From Macrostomum lignano (taxonomy: Eukaryota), in contig NIVC01000421.1 of assembly GCA_002269645.1 (NCBI GenBank), positions 552,227 through 616,226 on the forward strand: a DNA stretch of 64,000 nucleotides. Direction: 5' to 3'. Positions 36,970-50,589 of this stretch are shown in pieces. The translations under genes were made by a program, and so were the position numbers. Positions within the stretch are counted from its first letter, which is position 1, and every line of letters starts with the position of its first letter. Below the pieces are notes generated by a model. That model saw nothing but the letters and a program-made list of their open reading frames with translations. It had not been told where the DNA came from and did no database searches.

Positions 36970-37441
36970 TTGGCTAACAGTTTTTCTTTTTAGCCTTATC
37001 TAATGCCTTATTCTAATGTCTATAAATCAAAATACATGCACACACACACAAAACTACATGTATAAGAAATTCAATTGTTGCTTGAATTTTTGCTGCTAGC
37101 TATGTATACAATTAGTCAATTACAAGTGTACTTCGTATAAGTACTTGGTATAGAAGCAAGCCCCAGCGATCTGGAGAAAGTCGAAACCGCGGCAAAATAT
37201 TGCCGCCAGTCGCGACGTCCAGTATCATGCAATTGTACTTGCGATCACGTTGTCAATATAAATGACACATGCAATTTATTGACATTCCGCCCATTCCGCT
37301 AATCCCTGAGAAGCCCGCATTGGCTAGGGCGCGGGGCCGGTCAAGGGAGGTCTGCCAGCCGGGACCTGTCTGCGGTGGGGAAGACGGAGCCTCGTTTGGT
37401 AGCCTGGAAGAACCGATCAATGAGCTGTGTGGGATATTCTC

Positions 37442-37715
37442 GAGCCGCGGCAAGCGTCGTCCAGGGGCGGGCTGCATATGTGCCCGAGGGGGTGGAGCCG
37501 CGGCAAGCGTCGTCCAGGGGCGGGCTGCATATGGGCCCGAGGGGGTGGAGCCGCGGCAAGCGTCGTCCAGGGGCGGGCTGCATTTGGGCCCGAGTTGGTG
37601 GAGCCGCGGCAAGCGTCGTCCAGGGGCGGGCTGCATTTGGGCCCGAGTTGGTGGAGCCGCGGCAAGCGTCGTCCAGGGGCGGGCTGCATATGGGCCCGAG
37701 GTGGTGGAGCCGCGG
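37442..37715. repeat. 53-bp GC-rich tandem repeat, about 5 copies
   Basis: gagccgcggcaagcgtcgtccaggggcgggctgcat... recurs at 37442, 37495 and onward. It lies in GC-rich sequence that may be the gag-like part of the YR element. Confidence 0.85.
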
Positions 37716-38601
37716 TCACAGTTGAAGGCCGGACAGTGGCAGACGACACTGCTTAGCATCCTTTTGTTCTCGAGGCTGCAGAAGGGGCAGAGAGTTCACT
37801 CCGGCAGGCGCCGGAGGAAGCAGGGCCTGGCTAACCAAACCGTGACCTGTGAAGGTCATGGTGAGAGCGGTTCAAAAGGATTCTCCGGGATTGGCGGCAG
37901 TCTCGGGAATTCTGTGCCATCTGAGCTAGTGCAGCTAGGATATTTCGCCCATGCATTTATTAATCTGACGGTTTAAATGACCGCGTCGGAGATGGGGGCA
38001 GATCGAGAGGCACGGGCCAAGGAGTAGCGAACTGGAACCCGGCCGCCTTAGCGAGGGAGTCAGCGAGAGCTCTGTGGCCGGGGGATCGAGACAAAGCTGG
38101 CATGTCCCCCATAGCTTTTACTGGGTGGTCCCCCCCCCTGTCCCCCACGGGCCCACGGTGGCAGGTGGCAACTTTGCGAGAAATTAAATTACTCACTCTA
38201 ATGTCTTCGAACAAAGACCCTACAAACACCCTACCGCTTGGTGCGGAAACTTTGAAAGTATAATACAACTAAGTTGAAGTGAGTGAATTGGTATTAGTTT
38301 TTGTGCATGTCTATAGTCTATCTATACATATATAAATAAATCTGTAAATAATGTACATTAATGTGTTCGCTGTACTAAATATATACAGCTGTAAGGTTCC
38401 TGAAATTTCAAGGCTTTAAAGCCTGCGCGGTGCTTGGCTTTGTTCCGCAATTCTCAAGCTTGACCGAGGCTAAGGTGCATGTGTTTATCCCAAGCCCGGT
38501 CAACCGCACTAACCGGACCTCTGTCTTCCTTTTGACATTGTTGGAGCTATAGCCTTCCATAACGTTATCTTGTTCGGTGGTCATGTACATGTTCTGTATG
38601 A

Positions 38602-38941
38602 CAGTGGCGTAGCCAGGAATTTCAATTGGGACGGGGGGCACGTTGGCTTGGCTGGCCATGCCTTATGCCATTGCTACTTTTGGCACTCATTTTGGCGCCG
38701 CAGGCACTCATTTAGGCGCCGCAGGCACTCATTTTGGCGCCGCAGACACTCATTTAGGCGCCGCAGGCACTCATTTAGGCGCCGCAGGCACTCATTTTGG
38801 CGCCGCAGGCACTCATTTTGGTGCTGCAGGCACTCATTTTAGCGCTGCAGGCACTCATTTTGGCGCCGCAGGCACTCAATTGTCTCATGGTTTTTGGTAC
38901 CCGCCGCGCCCAATCCCACCCCACCCCTTGCTACGCCACTG
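38602..38941. mobile_element. hAT-type MITE (340 bp) with internal 21-bp tandem repeat
   Basis: TIR cagtggcgtagc / gctacgccactg; perfect 8-bp TSD ctgtatga (38594-38601, 38942-38949); internal (gcaggcactcattttggcgcc)n. Confidence 0.92.
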
Positions 38942-41900
38942 CTGTATGATGGGCTTCGGCCTTTTCGGCTCCTTTGTGGAAGCCTTCGGGCCTCAGGTCT
39001 CAGAAATAAATCAATTAGAGTCCTGGCCCCCCACTCCTGTCAGATGGTCAGCCCCATGGTAGCGTGATCTGTGGCGAGCAGTCTAGGTCCTATAGCGAGA
39101 GACAAGCAGGGTGAATTTTGAAGGTAGAGATTAAGATTAGCTAATGCGCAGATTAACAACCCGCTGCCACCAGATTGATCGGCTGAGAACTGCCTTGTCA
39201 TTGGTCCACTGTGATCGGCGCCGACTAGCTTAGCTACTCATCTGAGCTATTGGCGATCGAAGAAATACAACCGATTAAAATAACTGTCAGATTTAACCTT
39301 CTCACTGAATCTCTTCACATTTCAGATTGAATTGGAGTAATCAGACTACTAACAGTATTATTAAGTGATTTCTGCCTCAATAACAGCACTGCTGAACAAA
39401 ATGAGCAAAAGTGTGCGCCTATTCCAGCTACTGAAATAGGGAACAGATAAGGAATCAGCCAATCAAGCAAGCCTAGGTAGCCTCTCACCCAACCAATCAG
39501 AAACTCAACAGCCGGAGACCAGGTAATCCACAGTGACCGAATCGGCTTAGTGCTTCGCAGCTGTATGCCCAGGATGATGCTGTCACAGTCTTCGCAGATA
39601 GCTAGCAGGTGATGATCTTAACCTCGATGATCGATGCCGTCGACCGGGGGGATTCGTCCTTTTGATGATGAGGGGGGGTTGTCGCAATCCGGGGATCAAG
39701 AGACGACGGTCGTGACTCCGAAACAGGTCGATCGTCCCGGGAGTCCGAAGATTTGTCTGAGGTAAGAGGCAAGAGCCGGTGCCGCGGAATGAGTCCGAGC
39801 GGGCCAAAAACATTGGTTTAAATAGCCTCCAACTGGACCGCAATTTATTACAATGGAACACCTCGATGCTGATTGGCTGAGCCGATTTGTTATAACTGAC
39901 GTCGAATTTTCTGATTGGCTGAGCTTGTTGCCACCCAAACTTACGTGACCAAAAGATCCTATCAGTATAGCGAGGGGCCATAAAAATATGCCAGGTACGT
40001 GTTGTCACAATTATCATTCAAAATCGCTACACCATGATTTATGACCTTTCGCGTAGGAATTACAAAAATTAATGAAAGAATATGCATTAGAAAGATCTTA
40101 TTAATTGTAGAAAGTGAAGATGGTGAAGAGAAATCGCTAATCCCAAAGTACTTTTAGAGGTAAAACGCACAGCTGTCAAAACTGTCAAACGCTTGAGTGA
40201 ACACGAACAATAGGCCCTGACCTCATAAATCTGCACTGATGGCCTGTCAAAAATGATTAGAAAAAAAAGTTACCGGTCGATTCCTCTCAGACTATCTGGC
40301 GCCAGCCCGATCAACACTGAGTGAGGCGCAGGTGGCTGTCAGACCAGCTCACAAGCAATGATTTATGACCCCAAAAGCAGCGAAAACCGCGCCTACATAA
40401 CTACAAGTACTGGCAAAATCATTTACTCGAAAGCTACAAAAATCTTACTAGTATGAATTCTAGGAAAATTACATAAAAAGGAGAAAAATGCCCATAGCCT
40501 GCTGCAAGTAGGCTATAGCAAGTTTGGAGTCCAGGTGCGCGAGCGTGAAATTTGGAATAAAGTGCGTCCTCATCATGTACATGCACTGGTATTACAGCCA
40601 GTACCGTACTGCCACCGCACACCTGCTTTTTGGGCCACCAACGGACAGTTAACCGCGTCTGCCAGAGCTCGATCCCGTACTCCCGAACAGTCCGTAACAG
40701 ATAGGACAGCCGGCCTCCACCTTGTGAACCACTGTTGGTAATCAATGTTTTTTCAGGGTGCTAAAATGAGAGTGCATGAGTAAGTGCCTTGCAGCGCTAA
40801 AGGGAGTGCCTGCGGCGCTAAAATGGTGCCTACTATAGCTGCGGCGTCAAAAGGAATGCCTGCGCGACAAAAGGAGTGCCTGCGGTTCCAAAATGAGCGC
40901 TGACAATACGATCTTGATCAAATTCGTGTTGTAGGAAATGTAAGAATTTAATATTTAATCATGTTACATGTACACATGCTGAATTCTTGGCTTTTGCATT
41001 GTCCCCCACATATATAAAATCCATGGCGACGCCCCTGGAGACAGGTTAGGCTAAGGCGGAGCAAAAGTCGGGCGGGGCTTTTATCGGCGCGTGAATTACG
41101 TGCGTGTGACGTTGTCAGTTTAAGTAGCCCCGCCAAGTGCCGTTTTAGCCTTTTAGGATACGGTACGAATCTATAATATTGTTGGTTTCGTACTTTCACG
41201 TCTGCTTAAGTAGTAGTGTCCAAAGAATTTTAATCTCAGCTTGCGTACATTTGTAAAGCCTGCGTACAGTGCGCGATCGATAATTTCTGTTTTCTGTTTT
41301 TTTTCAGCCGGCCAATAGAAAAGCCGTGCATTAATTATGTTAAGTTCTCCTCGCGCGCCCACCCCCAGCCCGCTCTTTATCAGTCCTGTCTGGCTGGGCG
41401 CTCGGGGTTTAGACCCCGTTTCTGCCGCATCAAAGCCCTTCCCTGCCCCGCGCTGCTCTGCCCGCCCTTAGGCTCTCACTCCTTGTTTACTTGCCTTCTC
41501 TCTGGGCCTTTTCATATTACCAATTCCAGAACCAGAATCGGTTCGGAATTCCAAGAAAAACAGCAGTATAACTATTAAACTCTGTGAATATTTGACTGCC
41601 TTAACAACCTAACTTAGCACAATTTTTCACTTTCTTCTTGGCGATTGTCATTCAATAATAAAAACTTTATAGCACGTATCTGATCTCCTTCTAGTTATGG
41701 AGACAAAAAGTTATACTTCACAAATTGGTTCTGGTTCTGGAACCAGAGCAAGCAATATGAAAAGGCCCTCTCTCCGCCGCGTTCTAGCTACGCCTTCGCC
41801 AGCCTCAGTCACACCACTTCTACTGTCAGTTCGAGCTCTTCACTTACTACGAGCACCGCCACCGTACGTTCACCGCCATCACTTCGTCACCGTTGCCTCA

Positions 41901-44381
41901 AACTCATCGACCCCCTCTGCAGCTCCTACCATCTAACTTATTGTTGTGTAGCCGCCAGTGCATCGTTTGCGAATTCAACTAGTACTTTGATCTATCTCCG
42001 TTACAATAAACAAAGTCTGCGGCCATTGCCTGCACCAGTCATCATTATTGCCAAGTGCTACCGCTACAATTTTGCCTCTGCCGTATTTGTCTTGTCGACT
42101 ATTTTCGAGGCCGCCACATTATTCGTCACAGTGCGCTAAAGATTTTTTGATCAGCAAAGACTGCAGATAACTTAAACTTAGTATTCTTTCCAACTTCGCA
42201 ATCGCATCCATGTACGTATTAATAGAAGGAAACAAGACCCGGTTACAAACCGCAGAAAATAAGCAATGAAATAATCAATTTTTTTAACAATTAAACTATC
42301 GTTAATATTAAAATTCGACATCATTTTTCAGACATTTGTTAAAATCTAAACTAAATTTTGTGTTTTACGAAACAGTACTTTTCAGCGAAACCTGGAAAGG
42401 GGTCGTTCTCAAAGCTAGGTCACAACTTTTTGTTATTGCAAAAAAAGTTTATACATCGACCAATAATCGTACAAAAAAATTCTTTCGACAATTTCTGTAA
42501 GAAGCTGCTACTAAAACCACAAGAAAACTTGAAATTGACAAGAAATCAAGGCTATTTGTTATTCTTTGTTGCGGAAAATAAACGACAAAAATATTAAAGA
42601 GAAAATAAAATTTTCTTCTATTTTTATTTTAAATATGCAGTTAAATTTCTTTTGCAAAAATAAAAGAACAAGAAATTGACAAAGGAAATGTTTTTGAGCA
42701 CAGCATTTTGTTACTCTGCTCTAAATCCCAGACATTTAAAATTATCGTGTGCGAAAAAGTGCGAAATTATTATAGCATGCACTCGAAAGGACTTCGATCA
42801 GTTTAACTAATCACTGAATTAAGAAGTCTAAATAAGTCTTGAAAGGTTGAATTAAAAATCAAGTTTTCACTATGTATCTTTTCAAAGTTAAGATGATTCG
42901 ACAAATAAAGAATGTTCATTTTTATGGTTAATAGAATTGTTTTCATTTTTACATTAAATATAATAAAATCTAACTAATAGTAGAAAAAGTCAGGGAATTA
43001 TCCTTGAACACCAAAAAGCACATTGTGGATTTAATATCGACTGCATGTTCCTTAATAAAGGAATTCGGATACTAGTATATATTTGATTATTTGTAGCATA
43101 ATTTCTGAAAACTATAACTTGCTTGATTTTACTTTAAGTACTTATTACATTAATACTTATACCAAAGCTACATGTACTTAAAATAAAAAATTATAGTTAC
43201 TTATTAGACATTTTACTCCAAATAACTTAAAATAATTCAAATTTATTTTAATTAATTCATTTTTTGAAACTTTTTGGAAAATAGACAAAATTGAATTATT
43301 TAATTACCAAAAACCTACTAGCTTAACTAAAATAGCAATTAGTCTTTAAGAAAAGATTTCACTTGTTAATTGAGAAAAATGAGGATGTGCGAGGTGTAAA
43401 AATGCGAAAGAGCATGCAGGAAACAGAGACAAACAAAAATGTAGGTAAAAGACACTGCACATGCACATAATATGATAACCAGACATAATGCGCACACTGA
43501 AACACCAGTAGCAATGACGCCCAAGCTTTTGATGATCACAAGTGAAAAGGCAAAACCCAGCCATCTAATCAAAGAAGTAGACTATAGCACGCATATTGAG
43601 TGCATCACGCATTTTTTGCAGAGAAGCTCGAAAATTAACATTGTATTCTGTGCACAACCACCAACTGCGACAGGGTCTGCCGGGGGATTTGTGGGCACGC
43701 GGTCGCGGATACAAATCGGAGGAGTCGCTGACCATTCTGAAATTACTAGCTAGCACATGTAATTTTGTGTATTAATATTTTTTAGCCCGCTTTATTTCTA
43801 TGCTCTCGTCCGCCTCTCGTTAATGCATCCCCAGACTCATGCAAAAATTAAACTTATGATCGAACTATGCATGGCTTCCGTCCCTCGCTTTGAATCTCTC
43901 ACCTCCCCATAGTTCCATCAACCTTACCGTAGTGGCTTCCTATGCAAAAATCATCCCTCCGCATCTTACACAGGCTACTTCAGGCTGTAGACTGTACTAC
44001 ACTATTAATTAGTTGCGCTAAGGAATCTACATGTATTTTGCTCGCAGCGCAACGCGCTGCTCAAAGAAGTTTAGATCTATCTAGATATTCTAGTAATTTC
44101 AGGTTTGTCCATAGACTAGAGCTCATGAGATGAGAATTCCATTAACTAGTACATTTAATATGAATGAACTGCGTGTGTGTGTGCTGTGCATACATATGTA
44201 TAAAGACAGACAAATCGCGTCAGTTTTAGTATTAGGATATACGAGTAGTTTATGGGCCAAATTATTGTGTGGCACAATTCTTGGCATCACTCAGCAGGCA
44301 CAAGATGCAGTTAAGCAGCGCACGAAAATTCTACAAAAGAAATTGAGCCTGGTTGAGGTGATGCGAGGAGGCAGATCCACA

Positions 44382-45111
44382 ACAACAACAAAAAAATACG
44401 CTGTCATGATGGTAAAAGTCAGCGTCACAGGGCGCGCTTCATGGCTTGGGCGCGAACAAAGGCCGCGCCACCGGCAGTGTCCGGGGCGCCGGCGTCAGCC
44501 AGCAGACAGTCGACATAACGCCGAGTTCGCGCTTGACCTCGCCGGTAGGGTGCCTGCAGCGTGAGCAGCAGCACCTCCTGCACCGGCTGTGGGCAGTACG
44601 ACTCGGCGCGGATGAGATGGCCTGCGAGCTGGAGTCGCCGACGGCGCAGTAGATCACTTGGACGTGGCAGGCCAGCGCGGCGATAGAGTGCCGCGTTGGT
44701 GACTCGCTCGACGCCGATGTTGAAGGCGGCGCGCAGCAGACCAGCGTGCGCCGCATCGACTTGCTGTTCGAGTGAGTCCGTCAGCGTCCAGGTCTCGGCG
44801 TTGTACAGCAGGACGGTCTCGATTACCGCCTGGAACAGCGCCGCCCTCTGGCGGTCCGGTAGGGCCTCGGACTGCAGGACTGCCCTCACAGAACGAAAGG
44901 CAGCCCAGGCAAGCCCGCGGCGGCGTCGCAGGTCCTCGCGAGCGTCTGGAACCAGACCGCCGAGGTAGACGAACTGCTGACATCGCGGGAGTTCGGTCGC
45001 CTGCCCGTCAGCGCCTCGGCAAAATATTGCAGCCTCGATGTCGTCCGGCACGCAGAGCACAACGGTCTTCTGCGTGTTGACCACCAGGCCGACACTCGCC
45101 TGGTTGACCAC
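44382..45111 (-). mobile_element. 5'-truncated RTE-type non-LTR retrotransposon (RT C-terminal part)
   Basis: QFVYLGGLV..DLRRRRGLAWAAF..LFQAVIETVLLYNAETWTLT..RRRRLQLAGHLIR. Flanked by the 10-bp direct repeat cagatccaca (44372-44381, 45112-45121). Short ttg-repeat tail at the 3' end. Confidence 0.85.
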
Positions 45112-48100
45112 CAGATCCACACAATCTCAGTGAATACACCAGACTGCACCAGATACGAGTCCAGTCGAATGTGCGCACTGGTCTAAGCAGCACACGCATG
45201 TCCTTCTGACAATGACGGCACCTAGCTTCGTCCAAGCCTTTGCCAGCGTCACTGACAGCGTCAATACTACCATGCAGTGCCACCTGCAGCACCGACAACG
45301 GCAATTCCTCCAGTTAGCCCACAACAGTGGCTAAACTGAGGGACAGGGAACCTACCCACAGAAGACACACACATACACACACAGCACCGGCAGCAGCACT
45401 CTGACAGCATAACCTAAAGCTCCATGAGCTCAGTTTTCAAGCATTGAAGAAGCAGAAGCAGTCATCTTGGATCCAGGGATCAGGAAGAGTGTTGCATGTC
45501 CGACATGTGCCGTTTCCGTGGCAAAAGGTGATGGAGCAAATTAATCAACACTTACTATCTAGCTCGTATTAAGACAAAAAAACTGAGGCAAGCTGGGATT
45601 AAACCAAAGAAAAGTTTTTACTATACTTTTTTACCATACTTTTACTATACTTCTATAGTATAGTAGAGAGGTACTCTATTTAAATGCAGTAAGAAGTGAA
45701 ACAAATTTATATATTTAATTATTAAATTAAATTAATTCAAGGTAAATAACTTATTTAACCAATTTATTAGGAGTATTTATTATTATAATAAATTGATTTT
45801 TATACCTTACACGAAATAAGCTCTACATTCATTTCTTAGCTTGGGGCCCATCTGTATAAGGTCAGTTTCTTCAAAATGCTGATTAATTAATTAAGACCTG
45901 TTGTCTTTACTTAAATTTATAAGGGCATCTTAGAAGTTAATATTACTATATAATACATGTATAATAGTATTACTATATTATAATAATATAGTTGCAATTT
46001 TAATGACTATTGAATAAGTTTAAATGCTTCCCCTATTGACTCTAAATATATGGTATCTTTCCCTTCAGAAAAAATTAGCATAGAATGACTTGATGAAAAC
46101 AAAAAAAATAATTTCGAGATACACATTTGCTGATCATTCAGGTCAAATTTCAAGGTCCAGTTTTGCACATGTTTCTCTGTAGCTTGGTTACAAGGATTTT
46201 AATAAAAATATAATAAATATGTCCAATGAACTAACTGATACATAGCCAAATTGAAGTATTTTCAAAAACAAAAAAAATCATTTGCTCAGTTTACTTTACT
46301 GGATATCTGTGTAAAATTTCAGCTCAAAAGGTGCTCCATGGAGAATGCTAGTGTGGTTACAGGATATTTATTTTGTGCTTCAAAGTAGGAGTTAATTGCG
46401 ATGCATGGTTGCTTTTAATTATTTTTATCAATAATAGTGCTCTATTTCATAACAATTTTTTACAAAAAGATAATAAGACATGTTTTTCTAATTATCTGCA
46501 TCAAAATGTATCATTTTAAGCGCACATTCTAGACGTCAGCTGAAAAATACATTTTGTGAGACGCAAAGAGGCTATCCCACCGGAAATGCTAGGCGTCCAG
46601 TTAAGCGTCTATAAAATCATTTATAGTGCAGTTTATTGAGCTTTAAAAAATTCTTAAATTAAATTTATATAAGCTTTCATTTTAAATGTAATATAGCAAG
46701 GTTTCAACACAACAACAACTTGTTTTAGCTACAGACATCTTGTAGTATCAAAAATTAACATCGGTGAAATGATTGAATTTGAATTTTTTCATCGCTAATT
46801 ATCGCTTAATACCGCTAGATGATTAAAAACACTTTTGCATGATAAATTATCTTTATTCACAGATAAAAGTGTCCTATTATTTTGAATATGGCAGTAACAA
46901 TAGTAAATGTTCGGAAAATTGTTAAAATTTTTGCTCCTCCTAGAATTTGCGAACGACCTAAAGACTGACTGAGTGCGTACCTGCGCATGATGGCGTTTTC
47001 AATACATTATGCTATGGGCCTAGCCTATGGCCTATTGATGTACATATACAGTATATACTTCTTGAAAAACTACAGTATAGTATTATGACTATATTATTAC
47101 ACTGTTTCAGGCATGCGGGCCATATTATAGGCTAAAAAATATAATACTTTCATTAGTAATCTATAAAAAGATCTGTAAAGTAACATAAAGAATCTATACT
47201 GTGTTAAAAAATGCCAAGTCTGCTAAATGACAACTCTGAAAATTTTGAGGGTCAGTAAGGATTAGCAATAGTTAGGTACAATAGAGTCAAGATATTTGTG
47301 TTTGCCCCTAATTGGCATCCTAGTTTTAAATTTTGGGCATCCTAGGAATTCTGGAGCTTAGTCCTAAGATGCCAAATGCCACAATGATCAGGGGTTGTAT
47401 TTTGGATATTGTGGTAGGTCAATAGATGTTTTTGTTCTTAATTATTCTATCCCACTGGCCACTAAGGCCACTAAGTTGTAAGGCCTATCTATCTAGAATC
47501 TAGGTTGGTATGTGATTGATTTTATCAAAATTAGAGTCCTAAATTTAGACTAACCCTAGATTGGAGTTGCCCAATGAGACAAACTTCTTACTCTTGCTGT
47601 CTCCTAATAGTTATTACTTCTTTTTTCTATTAGCTTAAGCTTAGAGAATAGTAAGTTAGAATGCTTTGCTTTATTTCTTAGACCAAATTGTAGAGATGCA
47701 GCCAAATCTAAAATGAGGCAAAATTTGCTTGTATTTATAGTCTTATGGGGAGGTGCATCAGTGCATAAAACAAGTATAGCAAAACAAAGTCATCAATTTG
47801 AAAAAATTACCAAGAATAGTTCCTGTCAAAATAATTCTCTTATTTATAACAAGTTTAGAATTAAGTTATATAGTAGGGCTAAGTTTAGACTTTGTAGTCA
47901 TAGATCTAGATATATATCCTAAACTTAAATATGCCCTAAAATCTAATTAGTAGGCTCCCTAGTGTCATGGTGACCCATAATCAGGATCAAGATCATGACA
48001 TGACGCACCTATGCCAGAACAAATCCTATCAAAAAGTTGGATTGCACTATGCACCAGAATAAATCCTATCAAAAAAGTTCATTTGTACTGTGCGCTAGAA

Positions 48101-48664
48101 CTAATTCTATCAAAAAAGTTTGCTTGCACCATGTACCACAACGTTATAGAAAAAAACTGCAAAAAATCTATAATTTTCCATTTGAAAAATACAAGTAAAA
48201 CTTGTATTTGAATCTGTTTTATAGAAATGCAATGTTGATACAAATTAATTAAAAAAGCCATAAATACACTAGTAAATAAAAATTGCTAATAAAAAGAAAT
48301 TATATATAATTTTCTGTTGGAGAAAATATTGTCTTGTCCAAAGTTTTTGTTTTGCAACAAGTTATGCCAATTTTTTGTCTTATGCCTTACTGCACCAGAC
48401 TTTTCTCCCTTGCATGCTATTGCGCCGGAGTGCCCCAATGCAGCGCATATCCAACCCTTTTTTGTGTTGGAATTTTCCATGAAAAAGGCTATCTTCCTAA
48501 CTATGGAATTGGTGACTTGGTAAGGAATAGATATAAACTATAAAGGTCATATCCAATAGTATAGAAGTAGCTTGAATTATATGAAAAAGAAAAATGTAGG
48601 GCCTATCATTTAAATTGTATTTGAAAAATTAAAATATCAAAAACTAAGTCAATATCCAGGGACC

Positions 48665-49322
48665 AAGGTCTAGATCATATAGTCTATAGTTCAGAACACT
48701 GTATGTATCCCAGAAAAAAATATGACCAATTTTTTGGTATATGCCAGTTTATGCTAAACATATAGAATCTTATTGTAGCTAAAATGTCAATAGGGGGCCT
48801 ATATACTAACAAATGTAAAATTTCCACAAAATGTACACTAAAATTTCTCCTAAAAAGAGGTTATTTATCTTTGACAATGAGTTTCCTAATAAAGGTCATT
48901 TTTAAGATAGGGCCTATCAAAAATATTAACAGTTTATTTTTTAGATTACTTTTAGAGATAAAATAAAATTAGACCTTTGAAAATAATGATGCAAAGGTCT
49001 AGATCATATAGTCTATAGTTCAGAACACTGTATGTATCCCAGAAAAAAATATGACCAATTTTTTGGTATATGCCAGTTTATGCTAAACATATAGAATCTT
49101 ATTGTAGCTAAAATGTCAATAGGGGGCCTATATACTAACAAATGTAAAATTTCCACAAAATGTACACTAAAATTTCTCCTAAAAAGAGGTTATTTATCTT
49201 TGACAATGAGTTTCCTAATAAAGGTCATTTTTAAGATAGGGCCTATCAAAAATATTAACAGTTTATTTTTTAGATTACTTTTAGAGATAAAATAAAATTA
49301 GACCTTTGAAAATAATGATGCA
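48665..49322. repeat. 329-bp tandem duplication in an AT-rich tract
   Basis: Identical 60-aa ORF translations at 48784 and 49113; aggtctagatcatatagtc starts both copies. Confidence 0.9.
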
Positions 49323-49570
49323 TAATTTTAGTTTTCAATGATCATTTTTACTAATTTTATTAAATATTAGCTAATTGTAAAAGAACAAAAAAATTATCAC
49401 TCATTGTTTAGAGTATATGAATCATTCTTTTCTCAAACAAATTTTTGTTTTTTGTATGTCAATATATGTATAGTGTATGCAACTTTGCAAGAGGTTATTT
49501 GTACATTATATTCAAAAATTTCTAGCATACATGTAACCTTCTAAAGTCTAGACTTAAATTAGGCCCTAGC

Positions 49571-49909
49571 CAGTGGCATAGTCAGGAATTTCAATTTGGG
49601 AGAAGGGGAAGGTAGGTTGGCCTGGCTGGTCATGCCTAGTGACATTGCCATTGCCACTTCCCATTGCCATTGCAAAGTCAGATAGAATTTGACATTATGA
49701 GTTGATTTTAATTTTTATAGCTTCATGTAGTTCATTTTTTCTTTGATGTTTCAACCTGTCCTGTCCTGCAGACCAACCTGCAGCCAGTCTAATCTAGCCC
49801 ATAAAGTCTGGGTAATAAAATTTTGCTTGGTTTTTGGTACCCACCACACCCCACCCCACTCCCAGGCAATTGCCACAGCCCCCTTGGCCCTTTCCTGGCT
49901 ATGCCATTG
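49571..49909. mobile_element. hAT-type MITE (339 bp), same family as 38602-38941
   Basis: Ends cagtggcatagtcagg / cctggctatgccattg; perfect 8-bp TSD gccctagc (49563-49570, 49910-49917); shares subterminal ggaatttcaatt and tttttggtaccc motifs with the first copy. Confidence 0.88.
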
Positions 49910-50589
49910 GCCCTAGCAAAATAAATAGTCACTTTGTATTAAAAATTGATTTTTAAAACGATCTATCAAATGTCTCAATTAATTTTTGCCATCTATTCTT
50001 TAAACATATATTCAAGATTTTTTAAGTCATTTTTTCATTTTAAAAATAGAAGTTTATTCATTATTATATAATTTTCATGATTTATGACAAGTTTGATCAA
50101 TATTTACTAATTAACTAACAACTCTTATATTACATTATGGTTTCAGCCTATTTTAATCTTCAGACAACTAAAATGAGCAAAAATTTCTCTGAATCAGATA
50201 AGAGTCTGCTTTGCAATACAATAGCCACTATTGCTATCACAGCTAATAGTGATAGCTCTGTAAATAGCGGATGCAAAGTTTTATCAAAGCATTTGCTTCC
50301 TCTAAAGCCATATGATTGGGTTGAACTTTATAAGGTTATAATTGATTACCACTTCTAAGTCTTAATAAAAAATTAAGCATATTGATTCTAATTTTAAGAT
50401 AAAGAACTTTCTTTTGTAGACAAATCACAATGCTAATGAAGTCAATGCATTTACACTAACACTATCAACTAAAAAAGTTTTTTTGGACAACTTGTTGGAG
50501 TCAGTAAGTTTAAAATGTTGTATTAAAATTATTCTTGCATAAATAGTTAAACTGTTTGAATAATTTAAATTCAAGAATGGGGATTTGAT

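Noticed and set aside
39581-40007. Solo LTR (TG...CA ends, tgtcaca at both sides)
   Set aside because: There is no matching 4-6-bp target-site duplication and the ends are direct rather than inverted.
41690-43760. Short ORFs in the 41.7-43.8 kb interval
   Set aside because: No domain motifs or consistent splice structure could be supported.
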